DNA of 64,000 nt from an uncultured Chloroflexota bacterium (GTDB lineage Bacteria > Chloroflexota > Limnocylindria > Limnocylindrales > Limnocylindraceae), in assembly GCA_903864185.1 (NCBI GenBank), contig CAIPEX010000032.1, positions 2,686 to 66,685 of the forward strand, in the 5' to 3' direction. A program made the position numbers and the translations under genes. Below, in pieces: positions 46,584 through 56,863 of the stretch. The notes beneath the pieces were generated by a model. That model saw nothing but the letters and a program-made list of their open reading frames with translations. It was not told the DNA's origin and made no database searches. Within the stretch, counting starts at the first letter, position 1. The number at the start of each line of letters is the position of its first letter.

Positions 46584-49500
46584 TTAGGCTCTCGCCCTCG
46601 CCCGTCCCTTCCCCTTGCCGCTAAGCGACTCCTTGAGGCCGTCCACGAGGCTGTACACCACTGGGACGACGAGGAGTGTCAGGAGTGTCGAGGAGAGGAG
46701 CCCACCAATGACCACCGTGCCGAGCTCCGCCGCAATGATCGAACCTTCGCTCGGTCCTGCTGCAAGCGGGAGGAGGGCAAGGATGGTTGCAACTGCCGTC
46801 ATGAGGATCGGCCGCACGCGGGTTGCACCAGCGCGCAAGAGTGCCTCACGCGTTGGCACGCCCTCATGCCGGAGTTGTTCCACGCGGTCGAGAAGCACGA
46901 TTGCGTTGGTGACGACGATTCCGATGAGCATGAGGAACCCGATGAGGGCCGAGATGCCAATCGGTCGATTCGTGATGAGCAGCGCCGGGAAGGCGCCAAT
47001 CACCGCAAGCGGCAGGCTGAACATGATGACGAGCGGATCAACTAGCGAGTTGAAGACGATCACCATTGTGAGGTAGACGAGCAAGATCGCAACCGCCATT
47101 GCAAGGAAGAGTCCGCTGAATGACTGGTTCTGCTGTTCGGTCACACCAGCGAGGCGCACAGAGACGCTGTCCAGCTGACCTGCATCCTGCAGTGTCGTAA
47201 CGGCAGTCTTCACCGCCGTATTTACTGCGCCAACGTTGACTGCTTCACCATTGGTAGCAACGATCTCAGCAGTCACATTTGCTGCGAGTGACTGATCGAT
47301 GCGGGTGATGCTTGATGGGACAGAGATCTCTTTCACCGTCGCGACGGCGCTGAGTGGCACCTTTACCGTACCCCCTACGATGTAGTTACGAAGATCGGCA
47401 AGCGTGTTGACACCCTTGCTGTTGACCTTCACGAAGAGGTCAACCTTCCCTGTGTCGATACTCACCTGGCCGAGACCTGAGCCGACGAGAAGGTTTCGCA
47501 CCTCGCCAGCGATCTGTGCAGCAGAGAGGCCGACCGCTGCCGCCTTCGACGGGTCAACGGTGACCTCAATTTGGCGTCCAGCCTTGACGAGGTCGCTCTT
47601 GACGTTCGTAAGATCGCCGTTCGTTCCAAGCGTTGCAACGAGAAGGTCGGATGCGGCTTCGATGGCACTCGTGTTCGTGCCCGTAATAACGACGGAGATT
47701 GCGTTCGTGCCAGCACTAAAACCGGTCTCCTCAATCGTGACCGTCCAGCCTTGGCCACCGATTGGCGCAAGGAGCGTCGCAAGTTGCCCCTTGGCCGCGG
47801 CAAGATCTGCCTCCGGGAGGAGTCGAACGGTCATGCGCGCCGCGTTTGGTGCGCGACCTGTTGTGGCAGCAACGAGTGTCTGCGTGCCGGTTGCGTTCTC
47901 TCCTGGAATCGACGTTGTAACGAGTTCGACAGAACCGCCCGTACTCAGTAGATCGTACGCCTCACGGCTCCGGTCGAGCACCACCTGAGTATTCGTGCCC
48001 AGCGGCGGGTTAACGGTAATGATCAGGATCTTCTCACTCCCGCTATTGAGGAACTGCGTTGGGATGAGTCCGACGAGCGAGGTTGCGCTGATGAAGAGAA
48101 CAAAGGCAATGGCAAGCGTTGCAATCTTCGTAGCGCGACGGCTCAGGGCAAGGCTCAACACTGGCAGGTAGATGCGGCCCCAAATTGAGACTTCTTCCTT
48201 AACTTTTGCCTGGCGTCGTGCTCCAACTGTTCGTCGTGCTCCTACGGCACGTGGATTCACTTTGATGAGGAAGTAGGCGAGCACTGGGATAACCGTCAGC
48301 GCTACCACTAGTGAGGCGAGCAGTGCGTAGGTCACCGTGAGGGCGAATGGGAGGAAGAACTGGCTGATGATCCCACCCACAACACCGAGCGGTAGGAAGA
48401 CCGCGATCGTCGTAATCGTGGAGCTCGTGATGGCAGAGGCTACTTCGCGCGTGCCGTTCAGCACGGCCTCGCCGATCGGTTCTCCTTCACTCCTATGGCG
48501 ATAGATGTTCTCGAGCACGACGATCGAGTCGTCAACGACGCGGCCCACGGCAACGGCAAGGCCACCAAGGGTCATGATGTTGATGGTGATCCCGGTGGTC
48601 GACATCAAGATGATCGCCGTCAAGAGGCTGAGCGGAATGCTCACTGCGGCAACGATCGTGGATCGCAGGTTCAGCAAGAAGAGGAAGATGACAAGGACGG
48701 CAAACCCGGCGCCGAGCCCTCCCTCACGCATGAGTGAGTCAATGGAGTCGGTGATGAAGATCGATGAGTCGGTCACCACGGAGCTCTCCACCATCTCTTG
48801 GTGTGCGCTAACGAATGTATCAATCGCCGCAATGGAGTCGCGGGCGGTCGTTACGGTATTCGCCGCGGCAGACTTGCCAACGCTAATTGAGAGGCCTGGG
48901 GCCCCGTTCGTCTCAGACCAGCCAGTTGTATGGACCTGGGCGAGCGAGACGCTTGCAACGTCGCGCAGTCGGATGGCATATGGCACGCCAAGAGGGCTCG
49001 CGCCGCCGCCGACGATCTGGTTACGGAGCTGTGCAATCGATGAATAGCGGCCCGTTGCCGAGACAGGAACGAGTGTCCCGCCCGTTGGGAGCTGTCCGCC
49101 TGGATAGGTAAGGTTGTTTGCCTGGATGATCTGCTGAACCTGCAGCATGCTCACGCCAGCAGCATTCATCTTGGCTGCATCAAGCTCGATATAGGCCTGC
49201 TGTTCGATGCCGCCAGAGAGATCAACCGATGAGACGCCGCTCACTGCACGCATCTTTGGCATGAGCTCTGCGTCAACCAGGGTTGCAAGCTCCGTCAGCG
49301 TGGTTGTCCCCTTTGGCGCGAGGGTGGCAATTACAACGGAGGCTGAGTTGATGTTGTAGTTGCGGACCACGGGGGTCACGCTTGCAGGAAGCGTCGCACC
49401 ATCGATGCCCGCCTGCACGAGGCGGAGGATCTCCTTGACGTCGCTGCCGTATGCAAACTGGGCAGAGACGAAGGCGAGGCCGGTCGTTGAGACCGAGCGC

Positions 49501-49742
49501 AACGCTTCAATGCCCGAGACGCCAGAGATTGCAGCCTCAATCGGCTCAGCAACCTGGTCTGCAACATCGGCGGTACCAGCGCCAGGATATGGGGCGATAA
49601 TTGTGATGATTGGGAAGTCGATATTTGGCAGGAGCTCCTGCTTCAGGTTCCCCCAACTTGCTACACCGCCGCCGAAGATTGCGAGGGCGATGAGGATCGT
49701 TACGCTTCGCTTCGTAACGGCAAGCTTTGTGAGGAAGAACAC
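46584..49742 (-). CDS. RND-superfamily efflux permease (AcrB-like, 12 TM, two large periplasmic loops)
   Basis: 1052 aa with AcrB-family architecture; no MFP or OMF partner gene adjacent. Confidence 0.9.
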   Translation of the reverse strand: MFFLTKLAVTKRSVTILIALAIFGGGVASWGNLKQELLPNIDFPIITIIAPYPGAGTADVADQVAEPIEAAISGVSGIEALRSVSTTGLAFVSAQFAYGSDVKEILRLVQAGIDGATLPASVTPVVRNYNINSASVVIATLAPKGTTTLTELATLVDAELMPKMRAVSGVSSVDLSGGIEQQAYIELDAAKMNAAGVSMLQVQQIIQANNLTYPGGQLPTGGTLVPVSATGRYSSIAQLRNQIVGGGASPLGVPYAIRLRDVASVSLAQVHTTGWSETNGAPGLSISVGKSAAANTVTTARDSIAAIDTFVSAHQEMVESSVVTDSSIFITDSIDSLMREGGLGAGFAVLVIFLFLLNLRSTIVAAVSIPLSLLTAIILMSTTGITINIMTLGGLAVAVGRVVDDSIVVLENIYRHRSEGEPIGEAVLNGTREVASAITSSTITTIAVFLPLGVVGGIISQFFLPFALTVTYALLASLVVALTVIPVLAYFLIKVNPRAVGARRTVGARRQAKVKEEVSIWGRIYLPVLSLALSRRATKIATLAIAFVLFISATSLVGLIPTQFLNSGSEKILIITVNPPLGTNTQVVLDRSREAYDLLSTGGSVELVTTSIPGENATGTQTLVAATTGRAPNAARMTVRLLPEADLAAAKGQLATLLAPIGGQGWTVTIEETGFSAGTNAISVVITGTNTSAIEAASDLLVATLGTNGDLTNVKSDLVKAGRQIEVTVDPSKAAAVGLSAAQIAGEVRNLLVGSGLGQVSIDTGKVDLFVKVNSKGVNTLADLRNYIVGGTVKVPLSAVATVKEISVPSSITRIDQSLAANVTAEIVATNGEAVNVGAVNTAVKTAVTTLQDAGQLDSVSVRLAGVTEQQNQSFSGLFLAMAVAILLVYLTMVIVFNSLVDPLVIMFSLPLAVIGAFPALLITNRPIGISALIGFLMLIGIVVTNAIVLLDRVEQLRHEGVPTREALLRAGATRVRPILMTAVATILALLPLAAGPSEGSIIAAELGTVVIGGLLSSTLLTLLVVPVVYSLVDGLKESLSGKGKGRARARA

Positions 49743-49849
49743 GGTGACCTCCAGCGCTTCTTACGCGCGGGGGTTCCCACGCCATTCTCGCTAGTATTAC
49801 GCAAGAGCGGCGAAGCCGCTGCCAGCCGAAAAGTTAAGGAGTGTAAACA

Positions 49850-50287
49850 ATGACGACACGAACGGCATACGCAACCTGGAACGGAACACTTCTCGAGGGG
49901 CGCGGCGAAATTACGCGCGTAGAGAGCGGCGCATTGAGCACTCTTCCGGTGAGTTGGCCGCGTCGATCCGAGGCACATGAAGGGGTTACCTCTCCTGAGG
50001 AGCTCCTCGCTGCGGCGCACGCATCGTGCTTCGCAATGGCACTCTCGGGCGCCCTGGCGCGAAACACCACACCAGCAGAGCAGTTGCAGGTAGAAGCGAC
50101 CGTCACCTTTGAAAAAGTTGAGGCTGGCTGGCGCGTCACCTCGTCCGCACTGCGACTGCACGGAACCGTTCCGGGGCTCGACGCTGCGAAGTTTGCTGAG
50201 ATTGCCGAGGGGGCGAAGAGCGGCTGCCCGATCTCTGCAGCGCTCGCGGGCAACGTCGCGATCACGCTGGAGATCACCGCGCAGTAG
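49850..50287 (+). CDS. OsmC/Ohr-family peroxiredoxin
   Basis: 145 aa with the two conserved Cys regions (HASCFAMAL, GCPIS); AAGGAG RBS. Confidence 0.85.
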   Translation: MTTRTAYATWNGTLLEGRGEITRVESGALSTLPVSWPRRSEAHEGVTSPEELLAAAHASCFAMALSGALARNTTPAEQLQVEATVTFEKVEAGWRVTSSALRLHGTVPGLDAAKFAEIAEGAKSGCPISAALAGNVAITLEITAQ

Positions 50288-50288
50288 T

Positions 50289-51632
50289 TCAGCTCGCGGC
50301 TAACTCCTTGCGTACAGCGCGAATCGCTGCGGCAGTGCCTGCGGTGATCTGCTCGATCTCTGCGTCGCCAATAACAAGTGGTGGTCCGATCACGAGCTGA
50401 TCGCCGTCGACGCCGTTCGCCTGGGCGGTTCCGCTATAGAGGAGGAGCCCCTCAGCGCCAGCCTGCTTCGCACTGGCGATGATCCGCTCGGTGACGCGCG
50501 CGGCACGTGGATGTGGTGCCTTCGTAGCGCGATCGGCAACGAGTTCAATGCCGAGGAGGAGCCCGCGCCCGCGAATCTCGCCGACCCACGGATCGCCTGC
50601 CAGCTCTTCGACGAGTGCTGCATGGAGTTGCGCACCGCGTGCTGCTGAGGCATCAACGAGCTGCTCTTCGCGCAAGATCTTCAAGACCGCCCGTGCAACG
50701 GCAGCACCGGGGAGCGAATGGCTGTAGGTGAAGCCATGCACAAACCCGCTGGCGAGGATCGGCTCTGCAACGTGGGGTGCTGCCGCGACGAACCCGAATG
50801 GCCAGTAGCCGCTTGTTGCACCTTTTGCTGCGAGCAACAGATCTGGCTTCACCTGCCAATGATCAACGCCGAACCAGGTGCCGGTTCGACCGAACCCCGT
50901 CATCACCTCGTCTGCAACGAGGAGCACGTTGTGCTGTGCGCACCATGCGGCAACGGCGGGCCAGTAGTCATCAGGTGGCACTGCAGCTGCAAGCGTTGCA
51001 CCGATAATCGGCTCAGCGACAAACGCGGCGATGCGGCCAGGTCCAACGCGCGCGAGGAGTGCGTCGAGTTCGGTGACTGCGGCAGCACCGCTGCCAATTG
51101 CGTTCGCGCCATCAAGCCCAGCACGATACGGATACGGTGCCGAGACGTGTTCAAAGCGACCGAGCCACGGCTCGTATGGTCGGCGCAGCCCCTTGCGTCC
51201 CGAGAGGTCGAGGGCGCCGAGCGTGTTGCCGTGGTAACTCCCCCAGCGGCTCACCACAACAGTTCGCTCGGTCTCACCCTTGGCGAGCCAGTAGGCACGC
51301 ACCATCTTCAGCGCTGTTTCGGCCGCCTCTGACCCACCCGACACTGGGTAGAGCGAAGCATCGCGGATTGGGAGGAGTGGCCCGACCTCGCTCGCCCACG
51401 ACTCCAGCGCATCGGCAGTGAAGGCGCTCCCATGCGCATAGGCGATTCGTCCCATCTGCTCCGCCGCAGCTGCGGCCACATCGGCGCGCCCGTGCCCGAT
51501 CCCGACGACGATCGCTCCACCTGCAGCGTCGAGGTAGCGACGGCCGGACGCATCAATGATGTAGGCGCCTTCGCCACGCACCGCGCGTGGGAGGAGCGGA
51601 CCGCCACGACTAAAGATCTTCCCGTCGCTCAT
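50289..51632 (-). CDS. Class-III aminotransferase (aspartate aminotransferase superfamily)
   Basis: 447 aa; ADEVMTGFGRTG and other class-III blocks. Confidence 0.85.
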   Translation of the reverse strand: MSDGKIFSRGGPLLPRAVRGEGAYIIDASGRRYLDAAGGAIVVGIGHGRADVAAAAAEQMGRIAYAHGSAFTADALESWASEVGPLLPIRDASLYPVSGGSEAAETALKMVRAYWLAKGETERTVVVSRWGSYHGNTLGALDLSGRKGLRRPYEPWLGRFEHVSAPYPYRAGLDGANAIGSGAAAVTELDALLARVGPGRIAAFVAEPIIGATLAAAVPPDDYWPAVAAWCAQHNVLLVADEVMTGFGRTGTWFGVDHWQVKPDLLLAAKGATSGYWPFGFVAAAPHVAEPILASGFVHGFTYSHSLPGAAVARAVLKILREEQLVDASAARGAQLHAALVEELAGDPWVGEIRGRGLLLGIELVADRATKAPHPRAARVTERIIASAKQAGAEGLLLYSGTAQANGVDGDQLVIGPPLVIGDAEIEQITAGTAAAIRAVRKELAAS

Positions 51633-52411
51633 GAAACGTATGCGCCTGTTGGGTCGAGCTCCTCGCGAATGAGGCGCAACTCTTCAACGGTTGGGGCTGG
51701 CGTTGCAGGAACATCGTGTGGAATGCGAATCTCCCAGCCGATAGAGGCGCGCACCTCTTCGAGGGTTGCGCCCGGGTGGAGGCTGCGCAGGACCATCTCG
51801 CCATCGTCATCGAAACCGTAGACGCCGAGGTCGGTGATCACGCCGGTTGGCCCGCGCCCACCCCAGCCTTGTGCTGTGCGAATCTTTGCCGCCTCGTCCG
51901 CGCCGCCAAGGTTCCCTGGCGAGGTGCGGAAGTCGAGCGTCTGCACAAAGCTGCGCGTGCTCTGGCGCATGATGACGAGGATCTCCTTGGCATTGATTGC
52001 GATCTCACAGGCGCCGCCCGATCCTGGGAGGCGCGTCTTTGGCGCGTCATATGCGCCGATGACCGTGGTGTTGAGGTTTCCGAATCGATCAATCTGCGCG
52101 CCGCCAAGGAAGCCAACATCGATGCGACCACCCTGCAGGTAGAGGCCGAAGAGGTCGTGCATTGAGACCGTTGCGGTCGAGCCGGTCACGATCGTTGGGT
52201 CACCGATCGAGAGTGGGAGGCGCGCAGGATTGGCGCCGAAGACACCCGCCTCGTAGACGAGCTCCATCTCCGGTGCAACGGTGCGCTTCGCGAGGTTGAC
52301 CGCAATGTTCGGTAGGCCGACACCGACGAAGCAGACGCGCTTCCCCGTAAGGGCGCGCGCCGAAGCGACGACCATCAGCTCGCTCTTGCTCGCCGGGCGT
52401 TGCTCGCTCAT
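51629..52411 (-). CDS. CoA-transferase subunit B (glutaconate/3-oxoacid CoA-transferase family)
   Basis: 260 aa; family-I CoA-transferase beta-subunit blocks (GGAQID.FGN, SGGA.E). Confidence 0.8.
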   Translation of the reverse strand: MSEQRPASKSELMVVASARALTGKRVCFVGVGLPNIAVNLAKRTVAPEMELVYEAGVFGANPARLPLSIGDPTIVTGSTATVSMHDLFGLYLQGGRIDVGFLGGAQIDRFGNLNTTVIGAYDAPKTRLPGSGGACEIAINAKEILVIMRQSTRSFVQTLDFRTSPGNLGGADEAAKIRTAQGWGGRGPTGVITDLGVYGFDDDGEMVLRSLHPGATLEEVRASIGWEIRIPHDVPATPAPTVEELRLIREELDPTGAYVS

Positions 52412-53349
52412 CGGTAATCTCCGTAGTCAACAGAGCCAGACGGCGCGGGCGGCGGAGTCAATTGCGTGAAGTAGTCGGCACCAAACTTCGCCACATAGGC
52501 GGCGCGATCTTCCACGCCGTAGACCCACTCCTGGAGCCAGGCCTCGGTTGCTGCTGCATCGCGACTGATCACGTCCCACTCGCGGTAGAACGCGTTATCA
52601 CGGTCGTAATCTCCTTGCACGTACGACGGGTGCGCACCGTACGGCTCGCACACCACCGCATCAACGATGAGTCCTGGGATGATCGTGCGATTCGGATCTG
52701 AGCGGATCACGCTTGTTGGCACAATCTCTTCGACAACAACGATGACGCGTCGCGCCGCAAAGGCCGCCTCTTTCTGGCAACCGAGCAGCCCCCACATCTG
52801 CACGTTCCCTTCAGCATCGGCACGCTGCGCGTGAATGATCGTGACGTCGGGGTTGAGTGGCGGCACCGCCCAGATCTCTTCGCCGCCGTACGGGCTTGCA
52901 ACCTTCCGAATAAGCGGGTTCACCTTTGGGAGATCACTCTCGGAATAGCTGCGGAGCGGATAGAACGGGAGGCGGTGCGCGCCAGCAACATAGCGACCCA
53001 CCATGCCGTGATGGCTGTACTCCTCAATCTCGAGGAGGCTCTCTCCTGCGGCAAGTGCTGCGGGCTCGGTGCGACGACGGATCGCGTGAAGTGAGCCGAC
53101 TCCGGGATTGCCAAGCCAGCTGAAGATCAGTTTCTTCGCGCACCCGGCGGCAACCATCTGGTCGTAGATCAGGTCGGGGGTCATGCGCGCCAGGGTCAGA
53201 TTGCGGCGCTTCTGGCGAATGATCTCGTGTCCCGCCGCAAACGAGATGCAGTGGGTGAAGCCTTCGATCGCAACGGTGTCGCCGTCGTGCACATGCGCTG
53301 CAATCGCCTCGCGCATGCTCACAAGCTTGCTACTCATTGACTCACCCAC
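52408..53349 (-). CDS. CoA-transferase subunit A (glutaconate CoA-transferase family)
   Basis: 313 aa; alpha-subunit-like; overlaps the subunit B start. Confidence 0.8.
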   Translation of the reverse strand: MGESMSSKLVSMREAIAAHVHDGDTVAIEGFTHCISFAAGHEIIRQKRRNLTLARMTPDLIYDQMVAAGCAKKLIFSWLGNPGVGSLHAIRRRTEPAALAAGESLLEIEEYSHHGMVGRYVAGAHRLPFYPLRSYSESDLPKVNPLIRKVASPYGGEEIWAVPPLNPDVTIIHAQRADAEGNVQMWGLLGCQKEAAFAARRVIVVVEEIVPTSVIRSDPNRTIIPGLIVDAVVCEPYGAHPSYVQGDYDRDNAFYREWDVISRDAAATEAWLQEWVYGVEDRAAYVAKFGADYFTQLTPPPAPSGSVDYGDYR

Positions 53350-53392
53350 CTACCGTGCTGCTGCGCGTGTGCTCCCGCATGCGCGGGTGCGA

Positions 53393-54691
53393 TCAGTGCC
53401 GCGCGGCAACAGCCGCGGCGGCCTCAGAGAAGATGCGAACAGCGGTCTCCATCTCGGTCGCGTTCACCACGAGTGGCGGGCTCATGCGTACCCCGCGATC
53501 GCCGCAGGTGAGCACAAGGAGTCCGCGTTCGAATGCCTCGACCTCGACCTCGGCAGCGATCTCGGCGCTGCTGAAATCCACGCCGATCATGAGGCCGATG
53601 CCGCGAATGTCGGTCACATGCGCGTTGCCGGCAAGGCCGGCGCGCAAGCCGGTCAGCGCCTGTGCGCCACGTGCCGTTGCATTCTCCATGAGCTTCTCGT
53701 CGCGGATGACGTCGAGTGTTGCAAGTGCTGCCGCAGCTGCGACAGGATTCCCACCGAAGGTCGAGCCGTGCGATCCGGGCTTCCAGCGCATCCAATGCTC
53801 TTTCGCGATGACCGCGCCGATCGGCATCCCTGAGCCGAGGCCCTTCGCAGCAGCGACGATGTCGGGCTCGATGCCAAAGTGCTCGATCGCCCACATCTTC
53901 CCCGTGCGACCGGCACCAGACTGCACCTCGTCGACGACGATTGCAATGCAGTACTTATCGGCAATCGCCTTCAGGCGCGGGAAGAAGTCTTTGTCGGGAA
54001 CGAGGTAGCCACCTTCGCCCTGGACCGGCTCAACAACAAAGGCGGCGATCTCGTCACCCGGGATCGTCTTCGCAATGATGCGCTCCTCGAGTTCGTCGAG
54101 GCCCTCGCTCCCAAACGGCACGTGGAGGAAGCCGGGGGCGAGTGGTCCGAAGTGCGCGTGGTACTTCGCCTTCGAGTTGGTGAGGGTGAGTGCGCCGAGC
54201 GTACGTCCGTGGAAGCCACCGACGAAGCCAACGATCCACTGTCGACCGCTCATGTAGCGAGCGAGCTTGATCGATGCCTCTACCGCCTCGGTACCGGAGT
54301 TTTGGAGGAGCACCTTTGACGGCCCCTTCCATGGTGCCGTTGCGGCGAGCGCAGAGGCGAGCTCCTGGTAGCGCTGCTCGTAGAAATCGGAGGCGCTGTA
54401 GTGCAGTAGTCGCTGCGCCTGCGCAACGATTGCGTCAACGACGCGTGGGTGGCAGTGCCCCGTGGAGTTCACGGCGATGCCGGCGCAGAAGTCGAGGAAG
54501 ACGTTGCCATCTTGATCCTCAACGCCCATCCCTCGGCCGCGGACGGGTGCAAATGGATAGGCGCGCGGGAGGCTGTTCGAGACGACCGCCTGATCTGCAG
54601 CGACCTGCGCGAGCGCCTTCGGCCCTGGAACCTTCGTTACCAGGTGCGGCAGGCTCGCGGGCCAGGTGTCCGGCTTCTCTGCGACGGCCAT
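53393..54691 (-). CDS. gabT: 4-aminobutyrate/omega-amino acid aminotransferase (GabT-like, class III)
   Basis: Aligns with E. coli GabT (LDFAGGIAV.NTGH.HP.VV.A, DEVQSGAGRTG). Confidence 0.85.
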   Translation of the reverse strand: MAVAEKPDTWPASLPHLVTKVPGPKALAQVAADQAVVSNSLPRAYPFAPVRGRGMGVEDQDGNVFLDFCAGIAVNSTGHCHPRVVDAIVAQAQRLLHYSASDFYEQRYQELASALAATAPWKGPSKVLLQNSGTEAVEASIKLARYMSGRQWIVGFVGGFHGRTLGALTLTNSKAKYHAHFGPLAPGFLHVPFGSEGLDELEERIIAKTIPGDEIAAFVVEPVQGEGGYLVPDKDFFPRLKAIADKYCIAIVVDEVQSGAGRTGKMWAIEHFGIEPDIVAAAKGLGSGMPIGAVIAKEHWMRWKPGSHGSTFGGNPVAAAAALATLDVIRDEKLMENATARGAQALTGLRAGLAGNAHVTDIRGIGLMIGVDFSSAEIAAEVEVEAFERGLLVLTCGDRGVRMSPPLVVNATEMETAVRIFSEAAAAVAARH

Positions 54692-54745
54692 TACATCCTC
54701 CTTGCCTGTATCGGATCTATCCAGAGTGTATACGAGGCGATCGCC

Positions 54746-56311
54746 CTACCGAACGATGGTCTGGCTCTGCTCGCGCAGATATTGCGCCACGTAGTAGAGG
54801 CCGCCGCCGGACTTTCCCGTCGTGCCCGACTTCTTCCAGCCGCCGAACGGCTGCACCATCGGCCAGGCGCCGGTCGTTGAGCCCGCACGTCGGTTGACGT
54901 AGATCACGCCGCCATCGATCGTGTCGAGGAAGGTTTGGATCTCTCCAGCGTCTTCCGTGAAGCAGCCGGCTGTCAGCGCGTAGTCGCTCTCATTCGCCAG
55001 GGCGATCCCCTCTTCAAACGAGCGCACCTTCGTGACCGCGACAAACGGCACAAAGAGTTCGTCGCGGAAGAGGCGATGCGTTGCCGCAAGGCCCGTGGCG
55101 ATCGTTGGCGCTACGTAGAAGCCCTTCGAGAGATCGCCGTCGATGAGCCGCCCGCCACCTGCAGCAATGGTCCCGTCTCGCTTCGCCTCTTCGCATGCAG
55201 CCAAGAAGGTGTCGACCGAGCGCGCATTGATCACTGGCCCGAGGAAGACGCCACGAACGGTTGGATCTCCAACCTTGAGCGCCTTTGTCTTCTCAACGAG
55301 CTTCTCGACAAACGCGTCGTGCACCGCTGCGTCAACATAGACGCGGCTGTTAGCGGAGCACTTCTGCCCGCCAAGGCCGAAGGCGGAGCGCATGACGCCC
55401 TCTGCGGCCTTCTCAAGATCGGCATGCTTCGAAATGATCGTCGGGTTCTTTCCGCCCATCTCGACGATGACGGGCTTCGGATACGACTTCGCAAACGAGT
55501 GGTAGAGTTTCATCCCCACATCGGATGATCCGGTAAATGTCATGCCTGCAACATCAGGGTTCTCTTGTAGCTCTGCGCCAACGCTCTCGCCTGGCCCCAT
55601 CACCATGTTGAAGACACCATCAGGAATCCCAGCATCCTTGATTGCGCGCGCGAGGAGGACTGCCGAAAGCGGTGCGTCGGACGATGGCTTCAGGACCACG
55701 GTGTTACCGGCAACAAGTGCGGCGCCAACTGGGCCGCCCATCAATGCAAACGGGAAGTTGAACGGGCTGATCACGCCCCACACGCCGTAGGGACGAAGCA
55801 CTGTCTTGGTTTCAACCTTGGCATCGCCAAGGTTCCCCATTGCGTGCACGTAGCCATTATTGCGCTCGACCTCGCCCGCATAGATGCGGAAGAAGTCGGC
55901 CGTCTCCTCGACATCGCCGAGTGCTTCGAGGCGGTTCTTCCCCACCTCGATGGAGAGGAGTGCGGAGTAGAGGAACTGGCGATCACTAATGAGTTCGGCG
56001 GCGGCGCGAATCAACGCGACGCGCTCTTGCCAGGGGCGCTTCGACCAGGCGGGGTAGGCGGCCTTCGCAGCAGCAATGGCACGCTTTGCAGTCTCGCGAT
56101 CGCCCTTATTGAATGTGCCGACAAGCGAGCCGTCGATTGGCGTGCGCTTCTCGAAGGTGGGACCACCGGTGCTCCACTCGCCATTGACGAAGTTCCCGTA
56201 GCTCCCGCCGAGCAGGGTTCGCGCTTCGGCAAGCCCCTTCTCGTAGCCGGCGTGGATCTCTTCGTTCGAGTCAGAGAGTGTCGCGTAGGTGATCTTCAAC
56301 TTCTCGGCCAC
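54746..56311 (-). CDS. Aldehyde dehydrogenase of the 1-pyrroline-5-carboxylate/omega-semialdehyde dehydrogenase type (RocA-like, about 520 aa)
   Basis: ALDH blocks plus a C-terminal extension resembling Bacillus RocA. Confidence 0.8.
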   Translation of the reverse strand: MAEKLKITYATLSDSNEEIHAGYEKGLAEARTLLGGSYGNFVNGEWSTGGPTFEKRTPIDGSLVGTFNKGDRETAKRAIAAAKAAYPAWSKRPWQERVALIRAAAELISDRQFLYSALLSIEVGKNRLEALGDVEETADFFRIYAGEVERNNGYVHAMGNLGDAKVETKTVLRPYGVWGVISPFNFPFALMGGPVGAALVAGNTVVLKPSSDAPLSAVLLARAIKDAGIPDGVFNMVMGPGESVGAELQENPDVAGMTFTGSSDVGMKLYHSFAKSYPKPVIVEMGGKNPTIISKHADLEKAAEGVMRSAFGLGGQKCSANSRVYVDAAVHDAFVEKLVEKTKALKVGDPTVRGVFLGPVINARSVDTFLAACEEAKRDGTIAAGGGRLIDGDLSKGFYVAPTIATGLAATHRLFRDELFVPFVAVTKVRSFEEGIALANESDYALTAGCFTEDAGEIQTFLDTIDGGVIYVNRRAGSTTGAWPMVQPFGGWKKSGTTGKSGGGLYYVAQYLREQSQTIVR

Positions 56312-56359
56312 GGGAGCCTCCTTAACTAGCGGTACGCATGGCGCACCATTACGAGGAGT

Positions 56360-56812
56360 CTAGCGCGGCGCGGCACTGCGGCAGTTGGCGCAGCGCCCCT
56401 GGAGCGCGAGGTGATCAAGGTCGGCGGCAAAACCTGTGGCACGCTCGATCGCCGCAAGGATCGGTGCCGCCGCTGTGGCGTCGAGTTCCACCTCCGCGCC
56501 GCACGTGTGGCAGTGGAGGTGGCCGTGCGGGAGCACCTCCTCCAGGTGATAGGTCTCGCGACCGTCAACCCCGTGGTGGTGTCGGGCGAAGCCGAGCTCC
56601 TCGAGCAGGTCGAGCGTGCGGTAGACCGTTGATGGGGTGGCGCTCGGATCCTGCGCACGAACGCGCTCCACGAGCTCCGCCCCAGTCGCGTGGCCGTCGG
56701 ATGCGGCGAGCACATCGGCGATCAGCTGCCGCTGCTCGGTCCAGCGCTGGCCGCGCGCCTTCACCGCCGCCTGGAGTCGTGCTGCGAGCGCGCTCGTCAC
56801 TGGGGTGGTCAT
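56360..56812 (-). CDS. Fur-family metalloregulator (Nur/Zur-like)
   Basis: About 150 aa; HHH.. region, HxHxxCxxCG and CxxC Fur motifs; internal ATG chosen, the listed ORF extends to 57184. Confidence 0.8.
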   Translation of the reverse strand: MTTPVTSALAARLQAAVKARGQRWTEQRQLIADVLAASDGHATGAELVERVRAQDPSATPSTVYRTLDLLEELGFARHHHGVDGRETYHLEEVLPHGHLHCHTCGAEVELDATAAAPILAAIERATGFAADLDHLALQGRCANCRSAAPR

Positions 56813-56834
56813 GGCAAAAGGATACGCGATGCTT

Positions 56835-56852
56835 ATTGCAACGTGTTGCGAT
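56835..56852. promoter_or_regulatory. Candidate Nur/Fur-type operator (ATTGCAAC-GT-GTTGCGAT, TTGCAA-like half sites) in the fur/cbiMN divergent intergenic region
   Basis: Near-palindrome with 7/9 arm matches containing TTGCAA repeats, about 10 to 30 nt upstream of the cbiMN start; coordinates within 1 nt. Confidence 0.3.
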
Positions 56853-56863
56853 AGACTCACCAG

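Noticed and set aside
45575-46624. 349-aa plus-strand ORF antisense to sufB
   Set aside because: Antisense to a highly conserved gene; no motifs.
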